IMG/VR virus record: IMGVR_UViG_3300008116_000055
Span: 99,542-163,541 of that record
Length of the DNA: 64,000 nt
Strand: one strand, 5' to 3'
DNA from: a virus
Under the pieces are notes generated by a model, which worked only from the letters and a program-made list of their open reading frames with translations, did no database searches and was not told the DNA's origin. The position numbers were made by a program, and so were the translations under genes. Below, piece after piece: positions 28,734 to 37,615 of the stretch (its first letter is position 1; the number at the start of each line of letters is the position of its first letter).

Positions 28734-29927
28734 ATGGATAAATTAACCGAAAAATATTTAAGACGTATCATTTCTGAATCTTATATCTCTGATGTGGAGG
28801 AAATGGCATACAAACAAAAGGGTGTCAGGGATGACAAAGGTAAACTAGTAAAATATAAACCTTTCTTCAAAGAAGATAATGACACAGATATCCCTGATTA
28901 TTGGATTGCAAACCCCACCTTACAAGAGGGTGGTGAGATATTAGTGGTACCATTAGATTGTCAGGAACTTGAAGCGTTTAAAAATGCAAACAAAGAATTC
29001 TTAGAAAAAATCAAAGAACTCCACAATTTAGAACCACAATTAGCCGCTTGTAAGAGAGGAAAGTACCATAGACCTATTGAAAAATATGTTGAGGGTGGAT
29101 ATAAACCCACAGGTGACACATATAAAGAACAAGAAACAATTAAGAGAAGACTATTCACAATCATTGCAAATACTTTTGAAGACGAATCGTTTGTTCAAGA
29201 ACTTAACAAAAGAAGTATTCCTGCTGTGGTTGCTAGAGATAGAAAGAATGTCGACCAATATGGTAAATTTACAAATCAATTAATTGAATACTCAACACAT
29301 AACTATAATGCTTACCCAACAGTAAGGGATTTTTTATTATCGGCAGTGGCTCGAGTTCAGGGTAAAGATACTGATGAAATGAAAACATTTTATATGGCTC
29401 GTCAGTACAATAAAAATTACAATAACTGGAGAGCAGACAAAAAAATGTTGAAACAATATGCTGGTAAAACACCAAAATATATGTTAGACGCATATGGTCT
29501 TGAGGAAAAAAACATAGACGTTACAGTTAGAATGGATTTTGAACTTAAAGGAGAATTAATTGGTGAAAATAGTTTTGCGTGGACCGCTAGAGCTCAAACC
29601 AAGTTAGGTAAAAAACTTGAAAGCGAAAGTGGATTAAAAGGTGGGTTTCTCGATGATAAATTAATTCAATCATCTGCAACCGCACAACTTAGACCTGGAA
29701 CAACATTCAATGATAATTATACGGTAATGAACGATAAACAAGTTGTGGATGCGTTAATGGAAGTTATTAATGATTTAAAAACACAGATTTTATCATTAAA
29801 TCCAAAAGACAATCTTAAAAGCGCAACAGTAAAAAGATACCAAGTTGGGGGTCCAAACCAAAATGAACTTAACGAATCAATAAAAAATAAATTGGTGAGT
29901 CGAATAGTTCAAAAAGTGGTCAAATAA
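28734..29927 (+). CDS. hypothetical protein
   Basis: 397 aa ORF followed by a strong terminator. Confidence 0.5.
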   Translation: MDKLTEKYLRRIISESYISDVEEMAYKQKGVRDDKGKLVKYKPFFKEDNDTDIPDYWIANPTLQEGGEILVVPLDCQELEAFKNANKEFLEKIKELHNLEPQLAACKRGKYHRPIEKYVEGGYKPTGDTYKEQETIKRRLFTIIANTFEDESFVQELNKRSIPAVVARDRKNVDQYGKFTNQLIEYSTHNYNAYPTVRDFLLSAVARVQGKDTDEMKTFYMARQYNKNYNNWRADKKMLKQYAGKTPKYMLDAYGLEEKNIDVTVRMDFELKGELIGENSFAWTARAQTKLGKKLESESGLKGGFLDDKLIQSSATAQLRPGTTFNDNYTVMNDKQVVDALMEVINDLKTQILSLNPKDNLKSATVKRYQVGGPNQNELNESIKNKLVSRIVQKVVK

Positions 29928-29942
29928 ATTAAAACCAAATTA

Positions 29943-29970
29943 AATCCCGAGAAATCGGGATTTTTTTTTG
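29943..29970 (+). terminator. intrinsic terminator
   Basis: AAATCCCGA-GAAA-TCGGGATTTTTTTTT: 7-bp GC-rich stem, tetraloop, 9 T. Confidence 0.8.
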
Positions 29971-29976
29971 CAATAT

Positions 29977-30008
29977 TTTGGTATATCCAAAATTATTTCA
30001 TATATTTG
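29977..30008 (+). promoter_or_regulatory. Bacteroidetes-type sigma-A promoter (TTTG-N20-TATATTTG)
   Basis: TTTG at 29977-29980, TATATTTG at 30001-30008, exact consensus spacing, about 18 nt upstream of the first ATG (30027). Confidence 0.55.
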
Positions 30009-30026
30009 GCCCATATTAATTTTAAA

Positions 30027-30533
30027 ATGGGTACAAATTATTATCGTATACCGACCGCAGAGGAAATGGAGTCACGTAAATCACGTCTCCAAAGAGATAT
30101 AGAAAAGATGACAATGTCACCTAGTGATATTGAACGTGGATTTCCCTTTATTGACCCATTTAAAGAATCTTGGGAGATAGTTAGCCCTTGGGACATATTC
30201 AGAGATGGTACATCAATTCATTTAGGTAAAAGAAGTGGTGGGTGGAAGTTTTGTTGGAATTTTCATAATAATAAACATTATTCAAATAAAGAAGAACTAC
30301 TTTCATTTATTCGTTCAGGAAGAATTGTGGATGAATATGGTGAAGAATGGAATGTTGAAGAGTTTATCACCATGGCTCTTGAGTGGGGTCAACCAGATGG
30401 TTGGGTTGTAAATGAAGAATACAGGAGAGACCAAAGGTCGAAAGGCCACGGAATGTTTTGGATGGACAACGAAAAATATGATGATTTAATAATCGATGGA
30501 CTTCGTGTGAGTACATCAGTTGATTTTAGTTAA
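30027..30533 (+). CDS. hypothetical protein
   Basis: Track ORF 30006..30533 begins at TTG inside the -7 box. First ATG 30027 gives MGTNYYRIPTAEEMESRKSRL... Confidence 0.45.
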   Translation: MGTNYYRIPTAEEMESRKSRLQRDIEKMTMSPSDIERGFPFIDPFKESWEIVSPWDIFRDGTSIHLGKRSGGWKFCWNFHNNKHYSNKEELLSFIRSGRIVDEYGEEWNVEEFITMALEWGQPDGWVVNEEYRRDQRSKGHGMFWMDNEKYDDLIIDGLRVSTSVDFS

Positions 30534-30534
30534 T

Positions 30535-31191
30535 ATGTTAAGAATAGATAACAATAGAAAAGTTTGGATAACGTCTGACACGCATTACTCACATACTAAT
30601 ATATGTAGAGGAATTACTAATTGGAGAATGCCTGACGGTAGTATTCCCGTTAATCAAACGAGAGACTTCGCAACTCTTGATAAGATGAACGCCGCGATTG
30701 TAAACAACATCAATGAGGTTGTTGGACAGGATGATGTTTTGATTCACTTGGGTGATTGGTCATTCGGTGGGTTTGATAATATAGCGGAATTCAGACATAG
30801 AATCGTTTGTCAAGAGATTCACATCCTATTGGGTAACCATGACCATCACATTGAAAGAAACCGTGAGAATTGTCAGAGTTTATTTACCAGTGTAAGTCAT
30901 TACAATAGACTTGAATACCAAGGGCATTCATTCGAGATGTTACATTATCCTATCAGTTCGTGGAACAATCTGAGAAAGGGTAGAATCCATTTACACGGAC
31001 ACTGTCATTTACCTAACCACTTAAAAGTTAGTGGTGGGAGAAGAATGGATGTTGGTATGGATGGACACCCTGAGTTCAGACCATATGACTTTGTACATGA
31101 GGTTTTAAATCCAATGTTGAAGGTTCCGATTGGTTCTGAATTGGGGGATATAGACCATCACAATGACGACATGAAAAATGTTGTAGGTTAA
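30535..31191 (+). CDS. calcineurin-like metallophosphoesterase
   Basis: Track 30520..31191 from TTG. First ATG 30535. SDTHYSH, GDWSFGG, GNHDHH, HLHGHCH phosphoesterase motifs in canonical order. Confidence 0.65.
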   Translation: MLRIDNNRKVWITSDTHYSHTNICRGITNWRMPDGSIPVNQTRDFATLDKMNAAIVNNINEVVGQDDVLIHLGDWSFGGFDNIAEFRHRIVCQEIHILLGNHDHHIERNRENCQSLFTSVSHYNRLEYQGHSFEMLHYPISSWNNLRKGRIHLHGHCHLPNHLKVSGGRRMDVGMDGHPEFRPYDFVHEVLNPMLKVPIGSELGDIDHHNDDMKNVVG

Positions 31192-31229
31192 ATTTTTTAC
31201 TTTAAAAAATATTTCATATAATTTAATTA

Positions 31230-31574
31230 ATGAACATGTTAAACAAAATCTTCACCAATATTATAAAATCCAAAACAACGATTACCTTTTTGGTATTTTT
31301 CTTCATTGGAATTTCTTATCAATTTTTAATCTTTCCTGGATTAACCGTTGCAAATACGATAATCAACATAATCTCAGCGATTTTTTCGGTGGGTACGGCA
31401 ATGTTTGCGGTTTTTTATATTAGGTTTATGTACTTTAATGATGAACCTTTTGAACTCTTCACACCGGACCCAAATAAAACACCTGAGACGGAATTGGATT
31501 ATAATCCAAAGAAAGTTACCAAAAAAGAAAGAAAATCTAAAACAACAATTAAAATTAAAAAACAAACTAAATAA
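31230..31574 (+). CDS. hypothetical membrane protein with basic tail
   Basis: 114 aa. Two hydrophobic segments, then a K/T-rich C-terminus. Confidence 0.4.
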   Translation: MNMLNKIFTNIIKSKTTITFLVFFFIGISYQFLIFPGLTVANTIINIISAIFSVGTAMFAVFYIRFMYFNDEPFELFTPDPNKTPETELDYNPKKVTKKERKSKTTIKIKKQTK

Positions 31575-31577
31575 ATT

Positions 31578-32429
31578 ATGGAACCATTTTTGAAACGATT
31601 AATTTTCGGAATTTTAGGATTCATTATCCTAACCTTATTGTTTTTCTCTTGTGAGAGAATTGACGCCGGTCACGTCGGTGTAAAAGTAAATCTATATGGT
31701 GATGGAAAGGGTGTTGATGATGTCACCGAATGTACAGGTATGGTATTCTACAACCCCTTCACAACAAAGATTTATGAATTCCCAACCTATATTCAACACA
31801 AAGAGTATAAGAAAACTGAGGAATCTGATAATTCATTTGTTGTAAACTCAAAAGACGGTTCTGAGTTTCAAGTATCCCCAATTATGAACTATTCGGTTCA
31901 AAGAGAAAAAGTACCCACAATATTTTCAAAGTATCGTAGGTCATTACCTGAAATTGAGGAGGGATTTTTAAAGACCGCAGTATATGACGCGTTTCGTTTA
32001 GCAACAAATAAGTACACTGCTGATGAACTAATCTCGAATAGGGCGGTGTTTGAAGTTGAGGTTCGTAAACTATTGGAAAGTCAACTTTTAAAAGAAGGGT
32101 TTGTGATAAACCAATTCACCTCAAATTTGATTTACCCTGAGACATTTAAGAAGTCCATTGAAGCCAAGAACAATGCGGTCCAAGCAGCGTTAAGGGCGGA
32201 AAATGAGGTAAAAACTGCGGAAGCTCAAGCCAAGATTAAAATTGCAACCGCCAATGGTAATGCTCAAGCAATGTTGACCGCGGCTAAAGCGGAATCCGAA
32301 GCCAATCGGATGAAACAACAAACAATTACACCTTTACTCCTACAACTTGAATGGATTAATAAATGGAATGGGAAGTTACCCGAAACCATGTTAGGTGACA
32401 AAAATAATACGATGATAGGTATTAAATAA
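31578..32429 (+). CDS. SPFH/band-7 (prohibitin/HflKC-like) membrane protein
   Basis: 283 aa. N-terminal TM helix, GHVGVKV start of the SPFH domain, Ala/Gln-rich coiled-coil C-terminus typical of the family. Confidence 0.65.
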   Translation: MEPFLKRLIFGILGFIILTLLFFSCERIDAGHVGVKVNLYGDGKGVDDVTECTGMVFYNPFTTKIYEFPTYIQHKEYKKTEESDNSFVVNSKDGSEFQVSPIMNYSVQREKVPTIFSKYRRSLPEIEEGFLKTAVYDAFRLATNKYTADELISNRAVFEVEVRKLLESQLLKEGFVINQFTSNLIYPETFKKSIEAKNNAVQAALRAENEVKTAEAQAKIKIATANGNAQAMLTAAKAESEANRMKQQTITPLLLQLEWINKWNGKLPETMLGDKNNTMIGIK

Positions 32430-32433
32430 AAAG

Positions 32434-32460
32434 AACCCCTCGAAAGAGGGGTTTTTTGTT
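32434..32460 (+). terminator. intrinsic terminator
   Basis: GAACCCCTC-GAAA-GAGGGGTTTTTTGTT. Confidence 0.8.
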
Positions 32461-32490
32461 TACATACGATATTTATAGATAAAAGAAAAA

Positions 32491-32724
32491 ATGAAAAAAG
32501 TAGTTAAATTATCAATCAAAGATTTAGAAAATATTGTAAAAAGAACAATCAACGAAGCTGAGTTTGATGATTTCGATACTCAAGCACAGCCCGAGGAATT
32601 ACCAGGTGCTCAGGAGTACGAAGATGAACAAGAATTAAAAAGAACTGTGGCTATTGGTAAAGGTGACGATGGAAAAATATACGTAACTGATGTTGAAACC
32701 GGTGAAATAATTGCAACCAAGTAA
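32491..32724 (+). CDS. hypothetical acidic small protein
   Basis: 77 aa ORF. Confidence 0.4.
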   Translation: MKKVVKLSIKDLENIVKRTINEAEFDDFDTQAQPEELPGAQEYEDEQELKRTVAIGKGDDGKIYVTDVETGEIIATK

Positions 32725-32725
32725 A

Positions 32726-33226
32726 TTATTGGTCCTTAACTTTTTTCTTCAAGTTCCTTATCATCCCAATTAATTTCTCATCCCTTTTATTATTAATAAT
32801 AGTGGTGGTGTTAGATGATTCAGGAAGCATCGCCATCACTCTTACGGAACTATCATCATTAATATTATAGGTTTTACGAGACATTGAGTTTACTACTCTT
32901 GTCTCGTTTTTCATTTTATTGGTATAGTTTTCAATATCACTTATAATAGTTAATATCTCATTTTCCCTTTTAACCATTTCATTGGTACACTCTCTTTGAT
33001 TTTCTATTACTTGGTTGTTTAACTCATCAATTCTATTGTTTAGTTGTACAATCTGATTGTTTTGGGATTCTATCCTTAATTTCAGTTCTTCGTCATTATA
33101 TGTTAAAGACTCAGTGATTTTGGGTCCAACCGAGATAATTATAATTGAAAATAACAAAATTGACAGAGCAACAATTCTTTGTCTCTGTGTGAATTTTGAT
33201 AATATTTCAGATATATACTTAAACAT
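32726..33226 (-). CDS. membrane-anchored coiled-coil protein
   Basis: 166 aa. N-terminal TM (RIVALSILLFSIIIISV), then heptad-like Q/N/E-rich region. Isolated minus-strand gene. Confidence 0.45.
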   Translation of the reverse strand: MFKYISEILSKFTQRQRIVALSILLFSIIIISVGPKITESLTYNDEELKLRIESQNNQIVQLNNRIDELNNQVIENQRECTNEMVKRENEILTIISDIENYTNKMKNETRVVNSMSRKTYNINDDSSVRVMAMLPESSNTTTIINNKRDEKLIGMIRNLKKKVKDQ

Positions 33227-33252
33227 ATAATAATAAATATTTCATAATTAAA

Positions 33253-33591
33253 ATGGCAAACAAAAAAGGATTAAATACTCGAGTAATTACTGTTTTTCAT
33301 CCAGACACTGACGAGGAATTTGAATTATTCGTAACCTATGAATACATAAATAAAGATGATTCAGATGAAGATGATAATTTATTTATGGATAACAATGAGG
33401 TTGATATTAAATCATATGAACCAAACAACGAAGTTGATGAATTACCAACTTGGTTAACAGAAGATATGGTCTACGAGGCCTTGTACGCTGAATTGGAGAT
33501 AGATGAATTCGAGGGGGAAGAACTCACAGAAGAAGAGGAAGACACCTACTACAATGATTTTGTTGAGGATTCTGACAATGATGATTATTAA
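33253..33591 (+). CDS. highly acidic protein (possible DNA mimic)
   Basis: 112 aa, D/E-rich throughout (EEFELF...DDSDEDDN...EEEEDTYYNDFVEDSDNDDY). Confidence 0.4.
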   Translation: MANKKGLNTRVITVFHPDTDEEFELFVTYEYINKDDSDEDDNLFMDNNEVDIKSYEPNNEVDELPTWLTEDMVYEALYAELEIDEFEGEELTEEEEDTYYNDFVEDSDNDDY

Positions 33592-33655
33592 AATTACTCT
33601 TTAAAATTTTTTATTTTAAAAATTTATTCTTATACTTGTCATAGAAGTATTTCAA

Positions 33656-34135
33656 ATGACAAAGTATACTATTTTTTGTGATTTAGATGGGGTCTTAATA
33701 GATTTCAACCAAGGTTATAAAGACCTTACTGGTATTGATTTGAACAAAGACGAACATCGTAACGACTCACAATTTTGGGCACCAATAGAAAAGGCGGGAT
33801 ATGATTTTTGGGTCAATTTGAAATGGATTGAACCTGACGGTCACATTTTGTGGGAACACATTTCCAAGTATAATCCAACCCTTTTATCTGCACCATCAAG
33901 ACAAGTTGAATCCCGTATTGGGAAAATGGAATGGGTAAACAGGGAGTTACCCGGTGTTGCTTTAATATTAAGAAGTGCTAAACATAAAAAAGATTTCGCG
34001 GCTCCATACACAATATTAATCGACGATAGGAAAGATACTATAGACGGTTGGAATGAAAACGGTGGTGAAGGTATTCTTCATACTTCCGCGGAAGAAACAA
34101 TCAAAATATTAAAAGAAAAATATAATTTACACTAA
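33656..34135 (+). CDS. 5'(3')-deoxyribonucleotidase-like HAD phosphatase (NT5C family)
   Basis: 159 aa. IFCDLDGVLIDF motif I and ILIDDRKD motif III, spacing as in NT5C. Confidence 0.6.
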   Translation: MTKYTIFCDLDGVLIDFNQGYKDLTGIDLNKDEHRNDSQFWAPIEKAGYDFWVNLKWIEPDGHILWEHISKYNPTLLSAPSRQVESRIGKMEWVNRELPGVALILRSAKHKKDFAAPYTILIDDRKDTIDGWNENGGEGILHTSAEETIKILKEKYNLH

Positions 34136-34326
34136 TGGCAGAAAATAGTTCGTCATCAGGAGGAGTGGGATTCTTCGGTCTGATGTTTTTAATTTTTATG
34201 ACACTTAAACTTACTGGTGTTATTGATTGGTCGTGGTGGTGGGTGACCGCACCACTATGGGGTGGGTTTGCCCTCATCTTTATTGTCATCATGATTGTTG
34301 TAGTTGTAAAAGCACTTGACCGATGA
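34135..34326 (+). CDS. small Trp-rich membrane protein
   Basis: 63 aa, two TM helices (GVGFFGLMFLIFMTL / WGGFALIFIVIMIVVVV). Confidence 0.4.
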   Translation: MAENSSSSGGVGFFGLMFLIFMTLKLTGVIDWSWWWVTAPLWGGFALIFIVIMIVVVVKALDR

Positions 34327-34991
34327 TATATGTATCAATAGACATTGAGACTTCAGGTCTCGAACCGTTAAACAATAGTGTGTTGTCTTTTGGTGCTATC
34401 ATAGAAGACACCACTAATAAATTACCATACGAGAAATTACCAAAGTTTAACGCCATCGTACTTCAAAACCAAATTACCGGTTCACCGAGAGCGATTTCCA
34501 TGAACAAAGAAATCATATCATTAATTGGTGAATATAAAGAAGGTAACGAAGAGGATAGGGCAAACTTGGAACATCATAGTGATTATGTATTTTTGGAAGA
34601 AAATGAACTGGCACAAAAATTCTATGACTTTTTATTCTTAAATGGTATCTACCCAAATTCATCATTTCTAAATAATCATGTTAGAAATGTCAATGGAACA
34701 ATGATACCGGCTTTTAACAATCACACACCATCACTTACAATTAATGTTGCCGGTAAAAATTTTGGAACCTTTGATAAATTGTTCTTGGAAGAATTACCGT
34801 GGTGGAAAAAACTCATAAAAATCAGACAAAGAATTATTGACCCTTCCGTTTTGTATTGTATATGGGATGAGGATAACGCAATTCCAAGTCTTAAAAAATG
34901 TAAAGAACGTGCTGGAATTGACGGAGAAGTCGCTCACACCGCTCTTGAGGACGCTTGGGACGTGGTTCAAATGTTACGTAAATTTTATTAA
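34323..34991 (+). CDS. DnaQ-like 3'-5' exonuclease (DEDDh)
   Basis: 222 aa. IYVSIDIETSGL (Exo I), HTALEDAWDVVQ (Exo III H-x4-D). Confidence 0.7.
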   Translation: MIYVSIDIETSGLEPLNNSVLSFGAIIEDTTNKLPYEKLPKFNAIVLQNQITGSPRAISMNKEIISLIGEYKEGNEEDRANLEHHSDYVFLEENELAQKFYDFLFLNGIYPNSSFLNNHVRNVNGTMIPAFNNHTPSLTINVAGKNFGTFDKLFLEELPWWKKLIKIRQRIIDPSVLYCIWDEDNAIPSLKKCKERAGIDGEVAHTALEDAWDVVQMLRKFY

Positions 34992-35010
34992 TAAACTAAA
35001 TTAAAACAAT

Positions 35011-36051
35011 ATGTCACGAATCAAAGAACTAAAACAAAATCCTGACAACAACATAAATATGGTTGATGTCTTTCAAATCTTTTGCCCTGAGGGTAAATCT
35101 AAGTACATCGAATTTTTAATTCGACTTTCAAAAAACACGAAACATTTAGACATGTACGTCAATGAAGTTCGTGAGAATCTAAAAAGAGAATTTGGAATTA
35201 CAGATGACCACTTTAAAGGAATGACCCCATTTCAAATTTTTAGCTCTTACAGATTTTTGGAACAGAGTTTTAATTTTTCAGATTTAAAAACATTCCAAAA
35301 ATTTTGTGATTACAATGAAAGAGGATTGATTCAAGATAATGACTTATCTAAATTTAAATCTTTTGACGATGTAATGACGGCGACTAGTCTCGCTGAGATT
35401 AAAGCTTTCGAGAAAGATTTGGAAAAACAAATTCACACATTGTTCACTTCAGATGAGTGGATTGTTTTAAGACCTTTAACGTTTTACGCCTCAAAGAAAT
35501 ATGGGTCATCAACAAAATGGTGTACGTCGTCTGAGAATAACCCGGATTATTTCCTAAGATACTCCAAAAGAGGTATCCTTATTTATGTGATTAATAAATT
35601 AACAGGATTAAAAGTTGGTTGCTTTAAATCACTCGACTCAGACCCTGAATTTTCTTTTTGGAATCAAATTGATTCTCGTATCGATTCATTAGAAAGTGGT
35701 TTACCTGATTTTATATTGGGTGTCATTAAAAATGAAGTTAGTGAAAACCCAGTAACCAACAACTCTTTGTTGACTGAAGAAGATAGAATCAAAGAGGATG
35801 TGTTACTGAAAGAGTTTACCAAAATGGAGGTACTACCAGAACCAACGGATATGGAATCCCCAATGGGTGAAGCTGATATGGATATGAGAAATGTGGATAT
35901 AAGAGAAGAGAGAGAATGGGTAGTTGAACGTGATGTTGAAGCGGTTGTGGAAGAAAGGGCGTACGAGACAAGTGGAATGATGTCGGAAGGACCGAGAGAA
36001 ATCTTACGAGGAACCTATGACAATGAAAATGCCACCTTGAGGAGAATTTAA
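35011..36051 (+). CDS. hypothetical protein with acidic C-terminus
   Basis: 346 aa ORF. Confidence 0.5.
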   Translation: MSRIKELKQNPDNNINMVDVFQIFCPEGKSKYIEFLIRLSKNTKHLDMYVNEVRENLKREFGITDDHFKGMTPFQIFSSYRFLEQSFNFSDLKTFQKFCDYNERGLIQDNDLSKFKSFDDVMTATSLAEIKAFEKDLEKQIHTLFTSDEWIVLRPLTFYASKKYGSSTKWCTSSENNPDYFLRYSKRGILIYVINKLTGLKVGCFKSLDSDPEFSFWNQIDSRIDSLESGLPDFILGVIKNEVSENPVTNNSLLTEEDRIKEDVLLKEFTKMEVLPEPTDMESPMGEADMDMRNVDIREEREWVVERDVEAVVEERAYETSGMMSEGPREILRGTYDNENATLRRI

Positions 36052-36075
36052 TTACAATCAAATCTAAATTTGTAA

Positions 36076-36103
36076 GGAGGGATTTCGGTCCCTCTTTTTT
36101 TTG
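36076..36103 (+). terminator. intrinsic terminator (T-run then A-run, potentially bidirectional)
   Basis: GAGGGA-TTTCGG-TCCCTC followed by TTTTTTTT. Confidence 0.75.
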
Positions 36104-36111
36104 AAAAAAAA

Positions 36112-36143
36112 TTTGGATATCTCAAATACTAGTAATATATTTG
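36112..36143 (+). promoter_or_regulatory. Bacteroidetes-type sigma-A promoter (TTTG-N20-TATATTTG)
   Basis: TTTG 36112-36115, TATATTTG 36136-36143, ATG of the OM-protein gene 18 nt downstream. Confidence 0.55.
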
Positions 36144-36160
36144 TATGTAAATCATAAAAA

Positions 36161-36628
36161 ATGAAAAAATTCTTAATGATATTTTGTATGCTGTTGATGA
36201 ACAACACATGGGCACAAGGGTTAAGAGTACCCCAAAGAATATTCAATTATGGATTATCTTATGGTCCTAGAGGTAATTCATCATATTATTCCGCGGGTTA
36301 CGAATTCTCCAAAGAAAAAACAAATGCCTTTATTGGAATTGGTTATGGTAAATTGATGGCCGAATTAAATTTATTTAACCCCAATACTTTAACAATCAAT
36401 GGTAGACCTGAAGAAATTTATGTTGTTTTAAATTACGTTTACACAAATAAAGATTATAAATGGTTAATTTTAACAGGTGGGGCGGGTTTATCTGTTGATG
36501 GTGGTAATCAAATTATATTGAAGACCGCTGCAAATTTGAAATTATCATATCCCTTGTACTTAACTTTAAGTTTTTATCAAACCGATAAACCTCAGTTTAT
36601 GATTGGGGGTAGGTTGTTTATTTTTTGA
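36161..36628 (+). CDS. outer-membrane beta-barrel-like protein with signal peptide
   Basis: 155 aa. MKKFLMIFCMLLMNNTWAQ signal peptide, alternating amphipathic beta-strands, C-terminal ...GGRLFIF (terminal Phe). Confidence 0.5.
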   Translation: MKKFLMIFCMLLMNNTWAQGLRVPQRIFNYGLSYGPRGNSSYYSAGYEFSKEKTNAFIGIGYGKLMAELNLFNPNTLTINGRPEEIYVVLNYVYTNKDYKWLILTGGAGLSVDGGNQIILKTAANLKLSYPLYLTLSFYQTDKPQFMIGGRLFIF

Positions 36629-36630
36629 TT

Positions 36631-37005
36631 ATGAAAATAGCACTCATAGCACACGACGGTAAGAAGGCGGACATGGTTGCCTTTGTAATGAAACGATTAG
36701 ATTTTTTTAATCGAACCGATGTTGATATTGTTGCAACGGGTACGACAGGTAAAAGAATAATGTTTGCTGGTGTTACAAAGGTTGAACAAGTCAATTCAGG
36801 ACCAATGGGTGGAGACGCGGAAATTGCTGCAATGGTCTCGAGAAAAGAAATCGATGCGGTTATATTTTTTAGGGACCCATTGGATAAACACCCGCACGAA
36901 CCTGATGTACAAATGTTAATGAGGGTTTGTGATGTGCACGAAGTGGCATTAGCTACAAACTACTCAAGTGCAAGAATGGTCGTGGACCATTTTACGAAAA
37001 GTTAA
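36631..37005 (+). CDS. mgsA: methylglyoxal synthase
   Basis: Track 36625..37005 from TTG. ATG 36631 gives MKIALIAHDGKK...ATGTTG...SGPMGGD...IDAVIFFRDPLDKHPHEPDVQMLMRVCDVHEVALATN, near-complete agreement with MgsA catalytic motifs. Local GC is about 42%, above the window background. Confidence 0.85.
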   Translation: MKIALIAHDGKKADMVAFVMKRLDFFNRTDVDIVATGTTGKRIMFAGVTKVEQVNSGPMGGDAEIAAMVSRKEIDAVIFFRDPLDKHPHEPDVQMLMRVCDVHEVALATNYSSARMVVDHFTKS

Positions 37006-37046
37006 ATTTTGGAACAATAATTGTCTAACACTCAAACACTAAAATT

Positions 37047-37613
37047 ATGTTTTACAAATATGATAACTCTCTACTCCTTTGGAAAAAGGATTGGAAAAAA
37101 GTAAAAATCGCGTTGTCGGTTGTAATTGTTTTGGTAATCTCTTCATTTATTTTAGGTCGTTTTATACGGTTTAAAAGTTTGGACAGTTACGAAAAAGAAT
37201 TAATCGTAATTTCATTAGAAAAAGAAAAAAATAAATTTTCAGAGGATAAGTTTGTATCAGAACTAAAAAGATTAAACGTTAAATTTCCACATATTGTTAT
37301 GGCTCAAGCCATTGCTGAGACGGGACATTACAAAAGTCAAGTTTTCAAGGAAAATAATAATCTGTTTGGTATGAAACAGGCGACAGTTAGAATCAACACC
37401 GCCAAAGGAACTCAAAACGGTCACGCGTTTTATGATAACTGGTACCAATCTGTTTATGATTATGCGTTTTACCAATGCCGATACCTTGGTCAGATTAATA
37501 CTGAAAATGAATACTATTTGTATTTATCAAATACCTACGCCGAAGCGGGTGAAGGGTATGTTAAATTATTGAAAGACATAATTCAAACTGAAAAATTAAA
37601 AGAAAAATTTTAA
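37047..37613 (+). CDS. glucosaminidase-domain peptidoglycan hydrolase with N-terminal signal anchor (candidate endolysin)
   Basis: 188 aa. N-terminal TM (IALSVVIVLVISSFILG), HIVMAQAIAETGHYKSQVFKENNNLFGMK glucosaminidase (FlgJ-like) motif. Confidence 0.65.
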   Translation: MFYKYDNSLLLWKKDWKKVKIALSVVIVLVISSFILGRFIRFKSLDSYEKELIVISLEKEKNKFSEDKFVSELKRLNVKFPHIVMAQAIAETGHYKSQVFKENNNLFGMKQATVRINTAKGTQNGHAFYDNWYQSVYDYAFYQCRYLGQINTENEYYLYLSNTYAEAGEGYVKLLKDIIQTEKLKEKF

Positions 37614-37615
37614 TC

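Noticed and set aside
12668-29493. Antisense/embedded ORFs 12668..12895, 15295..15525, 15767..15973, 16241..16441, 18453..18680, 19002..19256, 19376..19633, 19870..20076, 21468..21719, 22683..22883, 23110..23301, 23657..23926, 24462..24758, 25140..25331, 25515..25763, 26319..26552, 27843..28028, 28961..29164, 29077..29283, 29269..29493
   Set aside because: All overlap better-supported genes (the MTase, GSII, thioesterase, ThyA, lipoprotein, the paralogue pair, the M15 peptidase and others) in other frames or on the opposite strand, with no motifs.
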